From an uncultured delta proteobacterium (GTDB lineage: Bacteria; Desulfobacterota; Desulfuromonadia; Geobacterales; DSM-12255), in NCBI GenBank assembly GCA_963787125.1, contig CAWBBV010000023.1, positions 1-64,000 of the forward strand: 64,000 nucleotides of DNA, written 5' to 3'. The position numbers and the translations under genes were made by a program. The notes under the pieces were generated by a model. The model searched no databases, was not told where the DNA came from, and saw only the letters and a list, made by a program, of their open reading frames with translations. This document shows, piece after piece, positions 1 to 10,983 of this stretch (positions are counted from its first letter, which is position 1; every line of letters starts with the position of its first letter).

Positions 1-789
1 AATCTTAGAAGGCTGAGTTCGGAAACAAGCCTGAAATTCTCGACACTCGTGATGGAGTTGGAAAATCTTGAAATTCAGCTGAAAGAACGCTACCGGATGG
101 ATATTGCGGATATCCCTTCTCTGCCGGTGGATGATACTCTTAATGCTGAGGAACTTTCCCGCCGCCAGGTGGAACTGCAAAAACAGGTTGACGAGTTTGG
201 CGAGGTAAATCTCACGGCGATCGACGAGTATCAGGAGTTAGAACAACGGCATACTTTTCTGGCAGAACAAAAAAGCGATCTGGAAGAATCGCTTCAATCG
301 CTTCAGCAGGCTATTCAGCGGATAAACCGGACGACACGGAAACGTTTTGCCGAGACTTTTGAGCAGGTAAACGAGAAGTTCAAAGAGATTTTCCCCCGTC
401 TGTTCTGCGGCGGCAAAGCGGAGCTGAAATTGACCAACGAGGATGATTTGTTGGAAACCGGTCTTGATATTGTTGTTCAGCCACCGGGCAAGAAACTGCA
501 GAACGTATCGCTGCTTTCCGGTGGAGAAAAAGCGCTGACCGCGGTTGCCCTGATTTTCTCGATCTTTCTGATAAAACCATCTCCCTTTTGTCTGCTCGAT
601 GAGGTTGACGCCCCCCTTGACGATGCCAATATCGGCAGGTTTAACGAGCTTATCAGGGAGATGTCGGCTTTTTCCCAATTCATACTTATTACCCACAGCA
701 AAACGACAATGGCTGTGGCCGACACTCTTTACGGTGTAACTATGGAAGAGCCGGGTGTTTCAAAGCTGGTTTCGGTGAAGCTCCACTAA
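1..789 (+). CDS. smc: Chromosome segregation protein SMC, C-terminal part (5' end outside window)
   Basis: Frame open from base 1; signature LLSGGEKAL, Walker B/D-loop CLLDEVDAPLD, FILITH switch, GVTMEEPGVS tail. Confidence 0.95.
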   Translation, partial: NLRRLSSETSLKFSTLVMELENLEIQLKERYRMDIADIPSLPVDDTLNAEELSRRQVELQKQVDEFGEVNLTAIDEYQELEQRHTFLAEQKSDLEESLQSLQQAIQRINRTTRKRFAETFEQVNEKFKEIFPRLFCGGKAELKLTNEDDLLETGLDIVVQPPGKKLQNVSLLSGGEKALTAVALIFSIFLIKPSPFCLLDEVDAPLDDANIGRFNELIREMSAFSQFILITHSKTTMAVADTLYGVTMEEPGVSKLVSVKLH

Positions 790-812
790 CTGTTTGGCTA
801 AAGGAGAAAGAC

Positions 813-1172
813 GTGCCGTTCAAAATGATACTGAAAGAGCTTATGGACTCTGTGCCTGGCGCGACAGGAGCCATACTGGCCGACTGGGAGGGCGAGGCGG
901 TCGAGCAGAACTGCATTTATGACGTATTTGATTTGAAAGTAGCCGGAGCTCATAAGGGGATACTCCTGAGCCTGATGAAAGATGCTCATCAAAAAATGGA
1001 TGCGGGCGAGATGAAGCATACGGTCATCACCACGGAGAAGCAGCACTATCTCACCGGCCCGATCGGGGCTGACTATTTCCTCGTGATGACCCTTGATAAA
1101 AGCGCGATTGTCGGCCTGGCCATACGTAACTTTCAGGCTGCGATCACAAGAATGTATAAGGAGATTTATTGA
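813..1172 (+). CDS. Roadblock/LC7 (MglB-like) domain protein
   Basis: 119 aa, GTG start after AAGGAG; pattern VPGATGAILADWEGEAV typical of roadblock/LC7. Confidence 0.7.
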   Translation: MPFKMILKELMDSVPGATGAILADWEGEAVEQNCIYDVFDLKVAGAHKGILLSLMKDAHQKMDAGEMKHTVITTEKQHYLTGPIGADYFLVMTLDKSAIVGLAIRNFQAAITRMYKEIY

Positions 1173-2209
1173 TGGCAGATAACAAGGGTTTCTTCGGGAA
1201 CCTTTTCGGCAGGTTTTCCGGCAATGGTGCAGTTGAAGATGCTGCTGCCGCTGAAGTTCCTGAAGCCAGGGTGCCGACTGAGCAGGAGAAACCCAAGTCC
1301 GGTTTTTTTGAAAGATTGAAGCAGGGTTTGAGTAGAACCTCAGAAACCCTTGTCGGTGGTATCGACAGACTGCTCCTCGGTAAAAAAGAGATCGATGCTG
1401 ATACTCTTGAAGAACTCGAGGAAGTACTCATCTCTGCTGATATCGGGGTGACCACTACCGTCGAACTTGTCAGGGGTCTTGAACAGAGGCTTAAACGGGA
1501 TGAACTCAAGGATGGAGCTGCACTCAGAAGTGCTCTTAAGGAAGATATCCTTGCCAGGCTGGCGCCTTATGCTTTACCGCTGGATATTGGCAGGCATACC
1601 CCTTTTGTGATCCTGGTAATCGGCGTAAACGGCGTCGGCAAGACAACCACTATCGGCAAGCTCGCCAGCAGATATGCTCTTGAAGGGAAAAAGGTACTCA
1701 TTGCGGCGGCTGATACCTTCAGGGCTGCAGCCGCAGATCAGCTTGCCGTCTGGGCTGACAGGGCGGGCGTGGATATAGTCAGGCACAAGGAGGGGGCTGA
1801 TCCGTCAGCGGTGGTCTTTGACGGCTGCAAAGCTGCAATCGCCCGCAGGGCAGATGTCATGATAGTTGACACTGCCGGACGTCTCCACACAAAAGTAAAT
1901 CTTATGGAGGAGCTGAAGAAAATCTACCGGATCATCGGCCGCGAGATTCCAGGTTCCCCCCATGAGACACTGCTGGTTCTGGATGCCGGCACCGGTCAGA
2001 ATGCTATTTCACAGGCAAAGATTTTCAAGGAGGCCGCCGCTGTCAGCGGTATAGCGCTGACAAAGCTTGATGGGACGTCAAAGGGGGGTGTGGTTGTGGC
2101 AGTCTGCAGTGAGTTGAAATTGCCCCTCCGCTTTATCGGTATCGGCGAATCAATAGAAGATTTACGGGATTTTGAACCGAGACAGTTTGTTGACGCACTG
2201 TTTCAGTAG
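1172..2209 (+). CDS. ftsY: Signal recognition particle receptor FtsY
   Basis: GVNGVGKTTT, DTFRAAA, DTAGR, TKLDG motifs; ATG 1172 overlaps upstream TGA. Confidence 0.96.
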   Translation: MADNKGFFGNLFGRFSGNGAVEDAAAAEVPEARVPTEQEKPKSGFFERLKQGLSRTSETLVGGIDRLLLGKKEIDADTLEELEEVLISADIGVTTTVELVRGLEQRLKRDELKDGAALRSALKEDILARLAPYALPLDIGRHTPFVILVIGVNGVGKTTTIGKLASRYALEGKKVLIAAADTFRAAAADQLAVWADRAGVDIVRHKEGADPSAVVFDGCKAAIARRADVMIVDTAGRLHTKVNLMEELKKIYRIIGREIPGSPHETLLVLDAGTGQNAISQAKIFKEAAAVSGIALTKLDGTSKGGVVVAVCSELKLPLRFIGIGESIEDLRDFEPRQFVDALFQ

Positions 2210-2357
2210 CCTGAGCCATCAACCGTGCAGCAGTTTTCTGGATAAAGGGTTGTCACTGCCGATCCCCATGGTTCGTAATGATCGGTGACGCAAGTCTTAA
2301 TTGCACATCTTAAATCAGAACAACGGTTGAATAATCGCCTCGATTTGCCCGAATCTG

Positions 2358-2387
2358 TTGACAGTATATATCAAATTGTATTATCTT
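2358..2387 (+). promoter_or_regulatory. Candidate sigma70 promoter of ilv operon
   Basis: Perfect TTGACA at 2358-2363 followed by AT-rich TATTATCTT at 2379-2387; -10 register uncertain. Confidence 0.4.
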
Positions 2388-2509
2388 GTTCGTTCTCCCA
2401 ACCCTCCCTAACATATTTGAAAAACATAAGTTTTCATGGATTCGACAACATTTTTCATCTGCTTTAACTTTGTTGTTGGCGAGTGAACTGAGCTCATGGA
2501 GAAACTAAG

Positions 2510-4165
2510 ATGCGTAGCGACATGATAAAAAAAGGTCTGGAACGAACTCCTCACCGTGCTCTTCTCAAAGGAACCGGCGTTCCTCAAAGTGCTATGGAAA
2601 AGCCTTTTATCGGAGTAGCGACCAGTTTCACCGATCTTATCCCCGGCCATGTCGGGATGCGTGATCTTGAGCGCTTCATCGAGAAAGGTGTGCATTCAGG
2701 CGGCGGCTATTCGTTCTTTTTCGGTATTCCAGGTGTTTGCGACGGCATGGCAATGGGGCACAAGGGTATGCACTATTCACTCCCGACCCGTGAACTGATT
2801 GCCGATATGGTTGAGTCGGTTGCCGAGGCGCACAGACTTGATGGTCTGGTGCTCTTAACCAATTGCGACAAAATTACCCCCGGCATGCTCATGGCTGCAG
2901 CCCGACTCGACATCCCCTGTATTGTGGTGACTGCCGGGCCGATGCTCTCGGGGCGAGGCGAGGGCGATCGTCGTTATTCTTTTGTCTCAGATACCTTTGA
3001 GGCAATGGCCCGTTACAAGGCGGGCGTGATCGATGCCAAGGAACTGCAGGAGTGTGAAGACAACGCCTGCCCGGGGATGGGTTCCTGTCAGGGACTGTTC
3101 ACCGCTAATACAATGGCGATTCTGACTGAAACCCTCGGGATGAGCTTGCCGCGCTGCGGCACTGCCCTGGCTGTATCAGCCCTGAAGCGACGAATCGCGT
3201 TTGCTTCCGGTGAGAAGATAGTCGAGCTGGTTAATAACAATGTTACCCCGCGCAGCATTATGACCCGCGCCGCTTTTGAAAATGCCATCAGAGTTGATCT
3301 TGCACTTGGCGGTTCTTCCAATACTGTCCTGCATCTTTTGGCAATAGCCCGTGACGCCGGTGTAGATCTCCCCTTGGAGACTTTTGACATCCTGGCAAAG
3401 GATACTCCCCAGATTGCTTCTATGAACCCGGCCGGCGAACATTTCATGGAAGATCTTGACGCTGCCGGCGGCGTGGCAGGGGTTCTGAAACAGCTTGGCT
3501 CTAAAATCAAGGATAATCCGACAGTTTTGGGACTCTCGACCCTGCAGATTGTTGCGAGTCTGAATAAGGTTGATGAAACGGTTATCCGTCCGCTTGATAA
3601 TCCGGTTAAACCGGAAGGAGGTATCGCTGTCCTCTTCGGCAATCTTGCTCCGAAGGGGGCAGTTGTCAAGCAGTCGGGCGTCTCGGCAGGGATGATGACC
3701 TTCGAAGGTATAGCACGCTGCTTTGATTCCGAAGAGCTTGCCATGGCCGCTATCATGGAAGGACGGATAAAGTCCGGCGATATGGTGGTCATCCGCTACG
3801 AAGGGCCAAAGGGTGGTCCCGGCATGAGAGAAATGCTGGCGCCGACTGCTGCAATAATGGGCATGGGGCTGGGTGAATCGGTAGCCCTTATTACCGATGG
3901 CCGTTTTTCCGGCGGCACCCGCGGGCCATGTATCGGCCATATCTCTCCGGAAGCTGCTGAGGGTGGCCCGATCGCGCTGGTGGAAGAAGGGGACAGAATT
4001 CTTCTTGATATCCCGGGCAGAAAGCTGGAACTTCTGGTCAGCCCGTCAATTCTGGAAGAGCGCTGGACAAAATGGTCGCCACCTGAGCCGAAGATAAAGG
4101 GCGGCTGGCTGGCAAGATACGCAAAAATGGTAACGTCGGCGCATACCGGTGCAGTAACAGAATAA
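2510..4165 (+). CDS. ilvD: Dihydroxy-acid dehydratase
   Basis: [38 protein letters not shown] motifs; ilv context. Confidence 0.96.
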   Translation: MRSDMIKKGLERTPHRALLKGTGVPQSAMEKPFIGVATSFTDLIPGHVGMRDLERFIEKGVHSGGGYSFFFGIPGVCDGMAMGHKGMHYSLPTRELIADMVESVAEAHRLDGLVLLTNCDKITPGMLMAAARLDIPCIVVTAGPMLSGRGEGDRRYSFVSDTFEAMARYKAGVIDAKELQECEDNACPGMGSCQGLFTANTMAILTETLGMSLPRCGTALAVSALKRRIAFASGEKIVELVNNNVTPRSIMTRAAFENAIRVDLALGGSSNTVLHLLAIARDAGVDLPLETFDILAKDTPQIASMNPAGEHFMEDLDAAGGVAGVLKQLGSKIKDNPTVLGLSTLQIVASLNKVDETVIRPLDNPVKPEGGIAVLFGNLAPKGAVVKQSGVSAGMMTFEGIARCFDSEELAMAAIMEGRIKSGDMVVIRYEGPKGGPGMREMLAPTAAIMGMGLGESVALITDGRFSGGTRGPCIGHISPEAAEGGPIALVEEGDRILLDIPGRKLELLVSPSILEERWTKWSPPEPKIKGGWLARYAKMVTSAHTGAVTE

Positions 4166-4193
4166 CGATTCCCCATATACGGGAGGAAAATAT

Positions 4194-5894
4194 ATGAAAA
4201 TGAATGGTGCAAGAATACTGCTGGAGTGTCTGAAAAAAGAGGGTGTTGATCTAGTTTTCGGCTATCCCGGTGGAACAGTTATCAATATCTATGATGAGTT
4301 GTACAGCTTTAAGGCGATTAAGCATATCCTGCCGCGTCATGAGCAGGCCGGAGTTCATGCTGCTGACGGTTACGCCCGGGCAACAGGGCGGGTTGGTGTA
4401 GCGATCGCTACTTCCGGACCGGGTGCCACCAATACTGTCACCGGGATTGCAACTGCTTATATGGATTCGATCCCGATGGTCATAATTACCGGGCAGGTGC
4501 CTACGGCGCTTATCGGCAATGATGCTTTTCAGGAAGTTGACATTGTCGGCATCACCAGGCCATGCACAAAGCATAATTTTCTGGTCAAGGATGTCAAGGA
4601 TCTGGCGACAATCCTCAAGAAAGCTTTCTATATTGCCAGGACAGGTCGTCCCGGCCCGGTTCTGGTTGATATCCCTAAGGATGTGCAGATTGCCCAGACA
4701 GTTTTTAGTTACCCTGAGTCCATTGAGCTGAGAAGCTATAAACCGACAGTTGAGGGTCATCCTAAGCAGATTGAGCGGGCAGTTGAGATGATTCTTGCCG
4801 CCAAAAAGCCTGTTGTCTACGTCGGAGGCGGAGTTATTCTCGGTGAGGCCGCGGAGGAACTGACCAAGCTCTGCAAAATGCTTGAAATCCCGGTGACCAC
4901 TACCCTCATGGGGCTCGGTGCCTTTCCGGAGAGCGACCCTAATTCTCTGCGGATGCTCGGTATGCACGGCACCTATTACGCCAATATGGCAATGACCAAC
5001 ACGGATGTGCTGGTTGCAGTCGGGGCGCGTTTTGATGACCGGGTTACCGGCAAACTTTCCACTTTTGCTCCCCATGCAAAGATTATCCATATTGATGTGG
5101 ATCCGACCTCTATCAAGAAGAATGTCAGGGTCGACCTGCCGATAGTTGGTGATGTTAAGGGGGTTCTGCAGCGGATGATAAAGGTTGCCACGGCTAATGC
5201 TGAAAAAGTTGCTATTCTCAAAGAAGCTATCAAGCCGTGGCATGAAGAGATTGCCGGCTGGAAAGCCAAACATCCGCTCAGTTACAAGCAGACAGCTTCC
5301 GTCATCAAGCCTCAGTTTGTCATTGAAAAGCTGCGGCAGCTGTCAGATCCTGATGCGATTGTTTCGACCGATGTCGGCCAGCATCAGATGTGGACTGCCC
5401 AGTTCTTTGGTTTCAACGCTCCCCGTACCCTCTTGACTTCGGGCGGTCTTGGTACCATGGGCTATGGACTGCCGTCGGCAATGGGTGCGCAGGCGGCTTT
5501 TCCAGACCGACAGGTAATAACAATCTGCGGTGACGGCGGTATCCAGATGAATATTCAGGAGATGGCAACGCTGGTGCAGAACCGCCTGCCAGTGAAAATT
5601 GTCATTTTGAACAACAATTTTCTCGGCATGGTGCGGCAGTGGCAGGAGCTCTTTTTTGACAAGCGCTACTCCCAGACCTGCATGGAACTGCCGATTGATT
5701 ATATCAAGCTGGCTGAGGCTTACGGCGCTAAAGGTTTTCTAGCGACCAAACCTGAAGAGGTCGAAGATGTTATCAAAAGAGGCTTTGAGACCCCCGGACC
5801 GGTTATTATGGAGTTCAAGGTCGCCCGCGAGGAAAAAGTGCTGCCGATGGTGCCTGGCGGAGCTTCACTTAACGAGATGGTTCTGAACGCATAA
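4194..5894 (+). CDS. ilvB: Acetolactate synthase large subunit
   Basis: FGYPGG, RHEQ, TSGPGATN, ThDP motif GDGG...NN, MVRQWQ. Confidence 0.96.
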   Translation: MKMNGARILLECLKKEGVDLVFGYPGGTVINIYDELYSFKAIKHILPRHEQAGVHAADGYARATGRVGVAIATSGPGATNTVTGIATAYMDSIPMVIITGQVPTALIGNDAFQEVDIVGITRPCTKHNFLVKDVKDLATILKKAFYIARTGRPGPVLVDIPKDVQIAQTVFSYPESIELRSYKPTVEGHPKQIERAVEMILAAKKPVVYVGGGVILGEAAEELTKLCKMLEIPVTTTLMGLGAFPESDPNSLRMLGMHGTYYANMAMTNTDVLVAVGARFDDRVTGKLSTFAPHAKIIHIDVDPTSIKKNVRVDLPIVGDVKGVLQRMIKVATANAEKVAILKEAIKPWHEEIAGWKAKHPLSYKQTASVIKPQFVIEKLRQLSDPDAIVSTDVGQHQMWTAQFFGFNAPRTLLTSGGLGTMGYGLPSAMGAQAAFPDRQVITICGDGGIQMNIQEMATLVQNRLPVKIVILNNNFLGMVRQWQELFFDKRYSQTCMELPIDYIKLAEAYGAKGFLATKPEEVEDVIKRGFETPGPVIMEFKVAREEKVLPMVPGGASLNEMVLNA

Positions 5895-5900
5895 TGATTC

Positions 5901-5954
5901 GTAGGGGCGAGTCTTGTGCCCGCCCGGCTTGGGCACCCACAAGAGGTGCCCTAC
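5901..5954. repeat. GTAG-family REP doublet (REPIN-like)
   Basis: GTAGGGGCGAGTCTTGTGCCCGCCC, 5-nt spacer, then inverted copy reading GTAGGGCACCTCTTGTGGGTGCCC on minus strand. Confidence 0.7.
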
Positions 5955-5981
5955 AATAGGTTTTTATATGGAGGTTGTTCC

Positions 5982-6470
5982 ATGAAACATACAATTTCAG
6001 TTCTGGTCGAAAACGAATTCGGTGTGCTCTCCCGTGTGGCGGCACTCTTTTCAGGGCGTGGCTTTAATATTGACTCCCTTTCCGTTGCGCCTACCAATGA
6101 CGATGGCATCTCACGCATAACCCTTGTGACCAGCGGTGATGAACAGGTATTGGAGCAAATATCCAAACAGCTCAATAAATTGATTGATGTTATCAAGGTG
6201 ATTGATTTTACCGATGGCAGTGGCATAGAGCGGGAGATGGCGCTGGTGAAGGTAACTGCAGAGGATGAGAGCCGGGCTGAGGTTCTGCGGATTGTTGACA
6301 TATTTCGCGCCAAAATAATTGATGTGACTCCTAAATCATATACTATCGAAGCGACCGGTTCGCCGTCGAAGATTGATGCAATCCTGGAGCTGCTGCGGCC
6401 ACTGGGGCTCAAAGAACTTGTCAGAACAGGGGCGGTGGCGATTGGTCGCGGCTCAAAAGGGTGGAATTAA
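5982..6470 (+). CDS. ilvN: Acetolactate synthase small (regulatory) subunit
   Basis: ACT domain MKHTISVLVENEFGVLSRV..FSGRGFNIDSL; GGAGG RBS before ATG 5982. Confidence 0.95.
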   Translation: MKHTISVLVENEFGVLSRVAALFSGRGFNIDSLSVAPTNDDGISRITLVTSGDEQVLEQISKQLNKLIDVIKVIDFTDGSGIEREMALVKVTAEDESRAEVLRIVDIFRAKIIDVTPKSYTIEATGSPSKIDAILELLRPLGLKELVRTGAVAIGRGSKGWN

Positions 6471-6519
6471 ATTTGTAGTGCCAGATATTTTCTGAGCAGA
6501 TTATACATGGAGGAAGTAA

Positions 6520-7530
<1,011 letters not shown>

Positions 7531-7535
7531 TATCA

Positions 7536-8198
7536 ATGCGTAATCAAAACACTCCTATTGCTATGGAGGGGATCCCGTTCATTGCCGGTTTCGGCGGGTT
7601 TGCCTTTCTTCTCTATTTAATTTCAGAGAGCAGGCATTCAATATGCCTGCTCTCCCTATCTATTTTGGCGCTGTTTCTGGCGCTGTTTTCACTTTATTTT
7701 TTTCGGAATCCGCATCGCAGGACACCTTCAGAAGAGGGTGCGGTAATCGCCCCGGCAGACGGGACCATCATCTTTCTTGGCGATGCAGTTGAAGAGCATC
7801 TTGGTGAAGAGATGCTAAAAATAAGTATCTTCATGTCTGTTTTTAGTGTCCATATTAATCGTGCCCCGATAACAGGGAAAATCACTGACAACTTTTATGT
7901 GTCAGGGAAATTTCTTGATGTTCGTGATGAACGTGCTACCTTTGAAAACGAGAGAAATGGACTTGTTATCGAAACGGCAAAAGGGCTGAAGTTGGTTGTG
8001 GTGCAGGTGGCAGGACTGATTGCCAGGAGGATAGTCTGTTATCCGCTTGTAGGTCAAATGATGTTACAAGGCCAGCGTTACGGTTTAATCCGTTTTGGAT
8101 CACGTCTGGATGTATTTCTTCCCAAAGGCTCTGATATAAGAGTAAAGATGGGGCAGAAAACAGTTGCAGGCGAGACTATTCTGGGGATACTGCCATGA
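7536..8198 (+). CDS. psd: Phosphatidylserine decarboxylase proenzyme
   Basis: FFRNP, APADG, HINRAP, RFGSRLD autocleavage motif; adjacent pssA. Confidence 0.92.
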   Translation: MRNQNTPIAMEGIPFIAGFGGFAFLLYLISESRHSICLLSLSILALFLALFSLYFFRNPHRRTPSEEGAVIAPADGTIIFLGDAVEEHLGEEMLKISIFMSVFSVHINRAPITGKITDNFYVSGKFLDVRDERATFENERNGLVIETAKGLKLVVVQVAGLIARRIVCYPLVGQMMLQGQRYGLIRFGSRLDVFLPKGSDIRVKMGQKTVAGETILGILP

Positions 8199-8992
8199 GT
8201 GACCAGTTGTCAAGCCGTTCAGAAAGCATGCGCAAGGGGATATATATCCTGCCCAATCTCTTTACGACCGGCAGTCTCTTTGCCGGGTTTTACGGAATGA
8301 TTGCCGGCATCAATGGCGACTACAAGACAGCCGCCATTTGTATACTTGTCTCAGCCATCTTTGACGGCCTTGACGGCAAGGTGGCCAGAGCTACTGGCAC
8401 TACCAGCAAATTCGGTGTTGAATACGATTCGCTGGCAGATCTTGTCGCATTTGGTGTTGCCCCCGGCCTTATCATGTATTTCTGGGCTCTGAAGCCTTTT
8501 GGCCGGCTCGGCTGGCTGGCGGCCTTTCTCTTTGTGGTCTGCGGTGCCCTGCGTCTTGCCAGATTCAATGTCCAGGTGGAGACAGTAGAGAGCAAACGGT
8601 TTGTAGGCCTGCCCATACCTGCTGCTGCCAGCATGGTTTCGGCAACCATCCTCTTTTTTCATCACATGGGTTGGCCAAGCTCTTATAAAAAACTTTCTAT
8701 TCTGATATTGATCTATCTGCTAGCATTTCTGATGGTTTCGAATGTAAAGTATTATTCGTTCAAGGATCCGGAAGTTATAAAAAAGCAGCCTTTTGGTTTC
8801 CTTGTACTGGCAGTAATGCTACTGATAATAATAGCAGCGGAGCCGGCAATTATGATCTTTGCCCTATTCTGCTGTTATCTACTCTCAGGGCCAGTCGGTT
8901 TTATAATTACCTGGCCAAGACGGAGACGGTTGGAGAGGGCTCTTCATAAGGGCCATGAAGCGCAGCTTGATTCGTCAAAAAGGGTAGAATAG
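8195..8992 (+). CDS. pssA: CDP-diacylglycerol--serine O-phosphatidyltransferase
   Basis: CDP-alcohol motif DGLDGKVAR..SKFGVEYDSLAD, RLARFN, FVGLPIP. Confidence 0.93.
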   Translation: MSDQLSSRSESMRKGIYILPNLFTTGSLFAGFYGMIAGINGDYKTAAICILVSAIFDGLDGKVARATGTTSKFGVEYDSLADLVAFGVAPGLIMYFWALKPFGRLGWLAAFLFVVCGALRLARFNVQVETVESKRFVGLPIPAAASMVSATILFFHHMGWPSSYKKLSILILIYLLAFLMVSNVKYYSFKDPEVIKKQPFGFLVLAVMLLIIIAAEPAIMIFALFCCYLLSGPVGFIITWPRRRRLERALHKGHEAQLDSSKRVE

Positions 8993-9011
8993 TCTTAAAC
9001 GTATAAAGATC

Positions 9012-9041
9012 TTGACTTTGTCAAAGCAACTTATTTATGAT
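9012..9041 (+). promoter_or_regulatory. Sigma70 promoter for T-box/leuA
   Basis: TTGACT (9012-9017), 18 nt, TATGAT (9036-9041) just upstream of the T-box leader. Confidence 0.6.
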
Positions 9042-9054
9042 TGTAAAAATTGTA

Positions 9055-9290
9055 AAGGCTGTGAAAAGGAGTAGTAATCTTCACTCTTTTTAAAGAGAGC
9101 CGGTGGGTGGTGCGAACCGGTAAAAGAGCAGATGAACTCGCCTTGGAGCCGCTCCGCTGAACGAAAAGTAAGTGGAGACGAAATCCCGCGTAACGGGTAA
9201 ATAAAGGCCGGTTTAATACGGCGAATAAGGGTGGTACCGCGGAGTCTTAATGCCTTCGCCCCTTGCTTTGGGGCGGAGGCTTTTTTTATT
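9055..9290 (+). ncRNA. T-box riboswitch, Leu specifier (CUC)
   Basis: AGTA, AGAGA and GGTGCGA stem I motifs, GAA-CTC specifier at 9137-9139, T-box AATAAGGGTGGTACCGCG at 9224-9241, terminator GCCTTCGCCCC/GGGGCGGAGGC-T7 at 9252-9287, upstream of leuA. Confidence 0.93.
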
Positions 9291-9364
9291 TTAGCTGGCA
9301 ATTAGCTGAATCTGTGGAACAATTGAGTAGTTAGAGTTGGATAACAAAGGGAGGAATAAACGAA

Positions 9365-10918
9365 ATGGCGAAAAATGAAACACTGAAAACTATCAAAATA
9401 TTTGATACTACTCTTCGTGACGGGGAGCAGGCGCCGGGCAACAGTATGAACATCGAGGAGAAGCTTCGGCTAGCCAAGCAGCTTGAAAAACTTAAGGTTG
9501 ATGTAATCGAGGCCGGTTTCCCGATAGCTTCAGATGGCGATTTCGAGGCGGTAAAGCGTATTGCCCAGACGATAAAAGGTGCCGAGATCGCGGGCCTTTG
9601 TCGTTCAAGCGAAAAAGATATTGATCGTGCCTGGGAAGCACTCCAGCATGCCGGCGAAAGAGGACGGATCCATACTTTCATTGCAACTTCAGATATTCAC
9701 ATGAAATACAAGCTGCAGATGGAGCCGGCAAAGGTGCTTGCCGCAGCCGTAAAAGCTGTGAAAAGAGCCAGATCGTATACTCCTAACGTGGAGTTTTCCT
9801 GTGAGGATGCCGTCAGAACCAGACTCCCATTTCTTGCCGAGGTCGTTGCTGCCGTTATTGACGCCGGGGCTACCACCGTAAACATACCGGATACTGTCGG
9901 CTATACGATCCCGTTTGAATATTACAATATAATTAAATACCTGAAGGATAATGTAGCCAATATCGAAAAGGCTGTTATTTCGGTCCACTGCCATAATGAC
10001 CTCGGTCTCTCGGTAGCAAACTCTATTGCCGCTATCCAGGCAGGCGCAGGACAGGTCGAATGCACGATTAACGGCATAGGTGAGCGGGCAGGGAATTGTT
10101 CTCTGGAAGAGTTTGTTATGGCTTTGCGGACACGCCACGATATCCTGCCATACAGGACAAATGTCGTCACCGAGCAGCTGACACCTGCAAGTCGTCTCCT
10201 GACAACGGTAACAGGGATCATGGTGCAACCAAATAAGGCCATCGTCGGCGCAAACGCATTTGCTCACGAAGCCGGTATTCACCAACATGGGATGTTGATG
10301 GAGAAGTCCACTTACGAGATTATGACCCCTGAATCAGTCGGTCTCAAGACCAGTTCACTGGTCCTTGGGAAGCACTCCGGCCGGCATGCATTCAAAAAAC
10401 GTCTGGAAGAACTCGGCTATGAGCTTGATGATCCAACACTGAATAATGCCTTTGATCGCTTCAAGACTCTTGCAGATCTCAAAAAAGAGGTTTTTGACGA
10501 GGATCTTGATGCTATAATGACCGAGGAGATCATGCGGGCTGACGAGAAGTACAAGCTTGACCATATCACTGTAACCTGTGGCTCTTTTGCGGTTGCCACA
10601 GCGACTGTCCAGATGGAGATTGATGGTAAAGCAGTCAGGACTGCGGAACTCGGCGACGGCCCGGTCGACGCCACTCTTAAGGCAATAAAGAAACTCACCA
10701 AATGCAAGGCAAAGCTACTCACCTATAATGTCGGAGCGATAACCAGCGGCACAGACGCCCAGGGTGAAGTTACAGTCAAGGTTTCAGAAGGTGACAGAAC
10801 TGTGACAGGAAAGGGGGCATCAACCGATATTATTGAAGCTTCTGCAAAGGCTTATATTAACGCACTGAACAGGCTTGATGTAATGAAAGAGCGGTTTGAG
10901 GAACGAAACGCGCTTTAG
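9365..10918 (+). CDS. leuA: 2-isopropylmalate synthase
   Basis: [31 protein letters not shown]-terminal regulatory domain GPVDA; Leu T-box. Confidence 0.95.
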   Translation: MAKNETLKTIKIFDTTLRDGEQAPGNSMNIEEKLRLAKQLEKLKVDVIEAGFPIASDGDFEAVKRIAQTIKGAEIAGLCRSSEKDIDRAWEALQHAGERGRIHTFIATSDIHMKYKLQMEPAKVLAAAVKAVKRARSYTPNVEFSCEDAVRTRLPFLAEVVAAVIDAGATTVNIPDTVGYTIPFEYYNIIKYLKDNVANIEKAVISVHCHNDLGLSVANSIAAIQAGAGQVECTINGIGERAGNCSLEEFVMALRTRHDILPYRTNVVTEQLTPASRLLTTVTGIMVQPNKAIVGANAFAHEAGIHQHGMLMEKSTYEIMTPESVGLKTSSLVLGKHSGRHAFKKRLEELGYELDDPTLNNAFDRFKTLADLKKEVFDEDLDAIMTEEIMRADEKYKLDHITVTCGSFAVATATVQMEIDGKAVRTAELGDGPVDATLKAIKKLTKCKAKLLTYNVGAITSGTDAQGEVTVKVSEGDRTVTGKGASTDIIEASAKAYINALNRLDVMKERFEERNAL

Positions 10919-10938
10919 AAGATTAAAACTACGACAAA

Positions 10939-10979
10939 AACAAGAAAGCCTGCCCGATTACCCGGCAGGCTTTCTTGTT
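10939..10979. terminator. Bidirectional intrinsic terminator between convergent genes
   Basis: AACAAGAAAGCCTGCC ... GGCAGGCTTTCTTGTT inverted repeat. Confidence 0.8.
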
Positions 10980-10983
10980 GATA

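Noticed and set aside
2437..2487. Possible ilv attenuator leader peptide MDSTTFFICFNFVVGE
   Set aside because: Only three branched-chain codons, no RBS and no terminator hairpin before ilvD
3088..5273. Long antisense ORFs (234, 254, 340 aa) opposite ilvD/ilvB and similar shadows elsewhere
   Set aside because: Fully overlap well-supported genes and show no recognisable motifs
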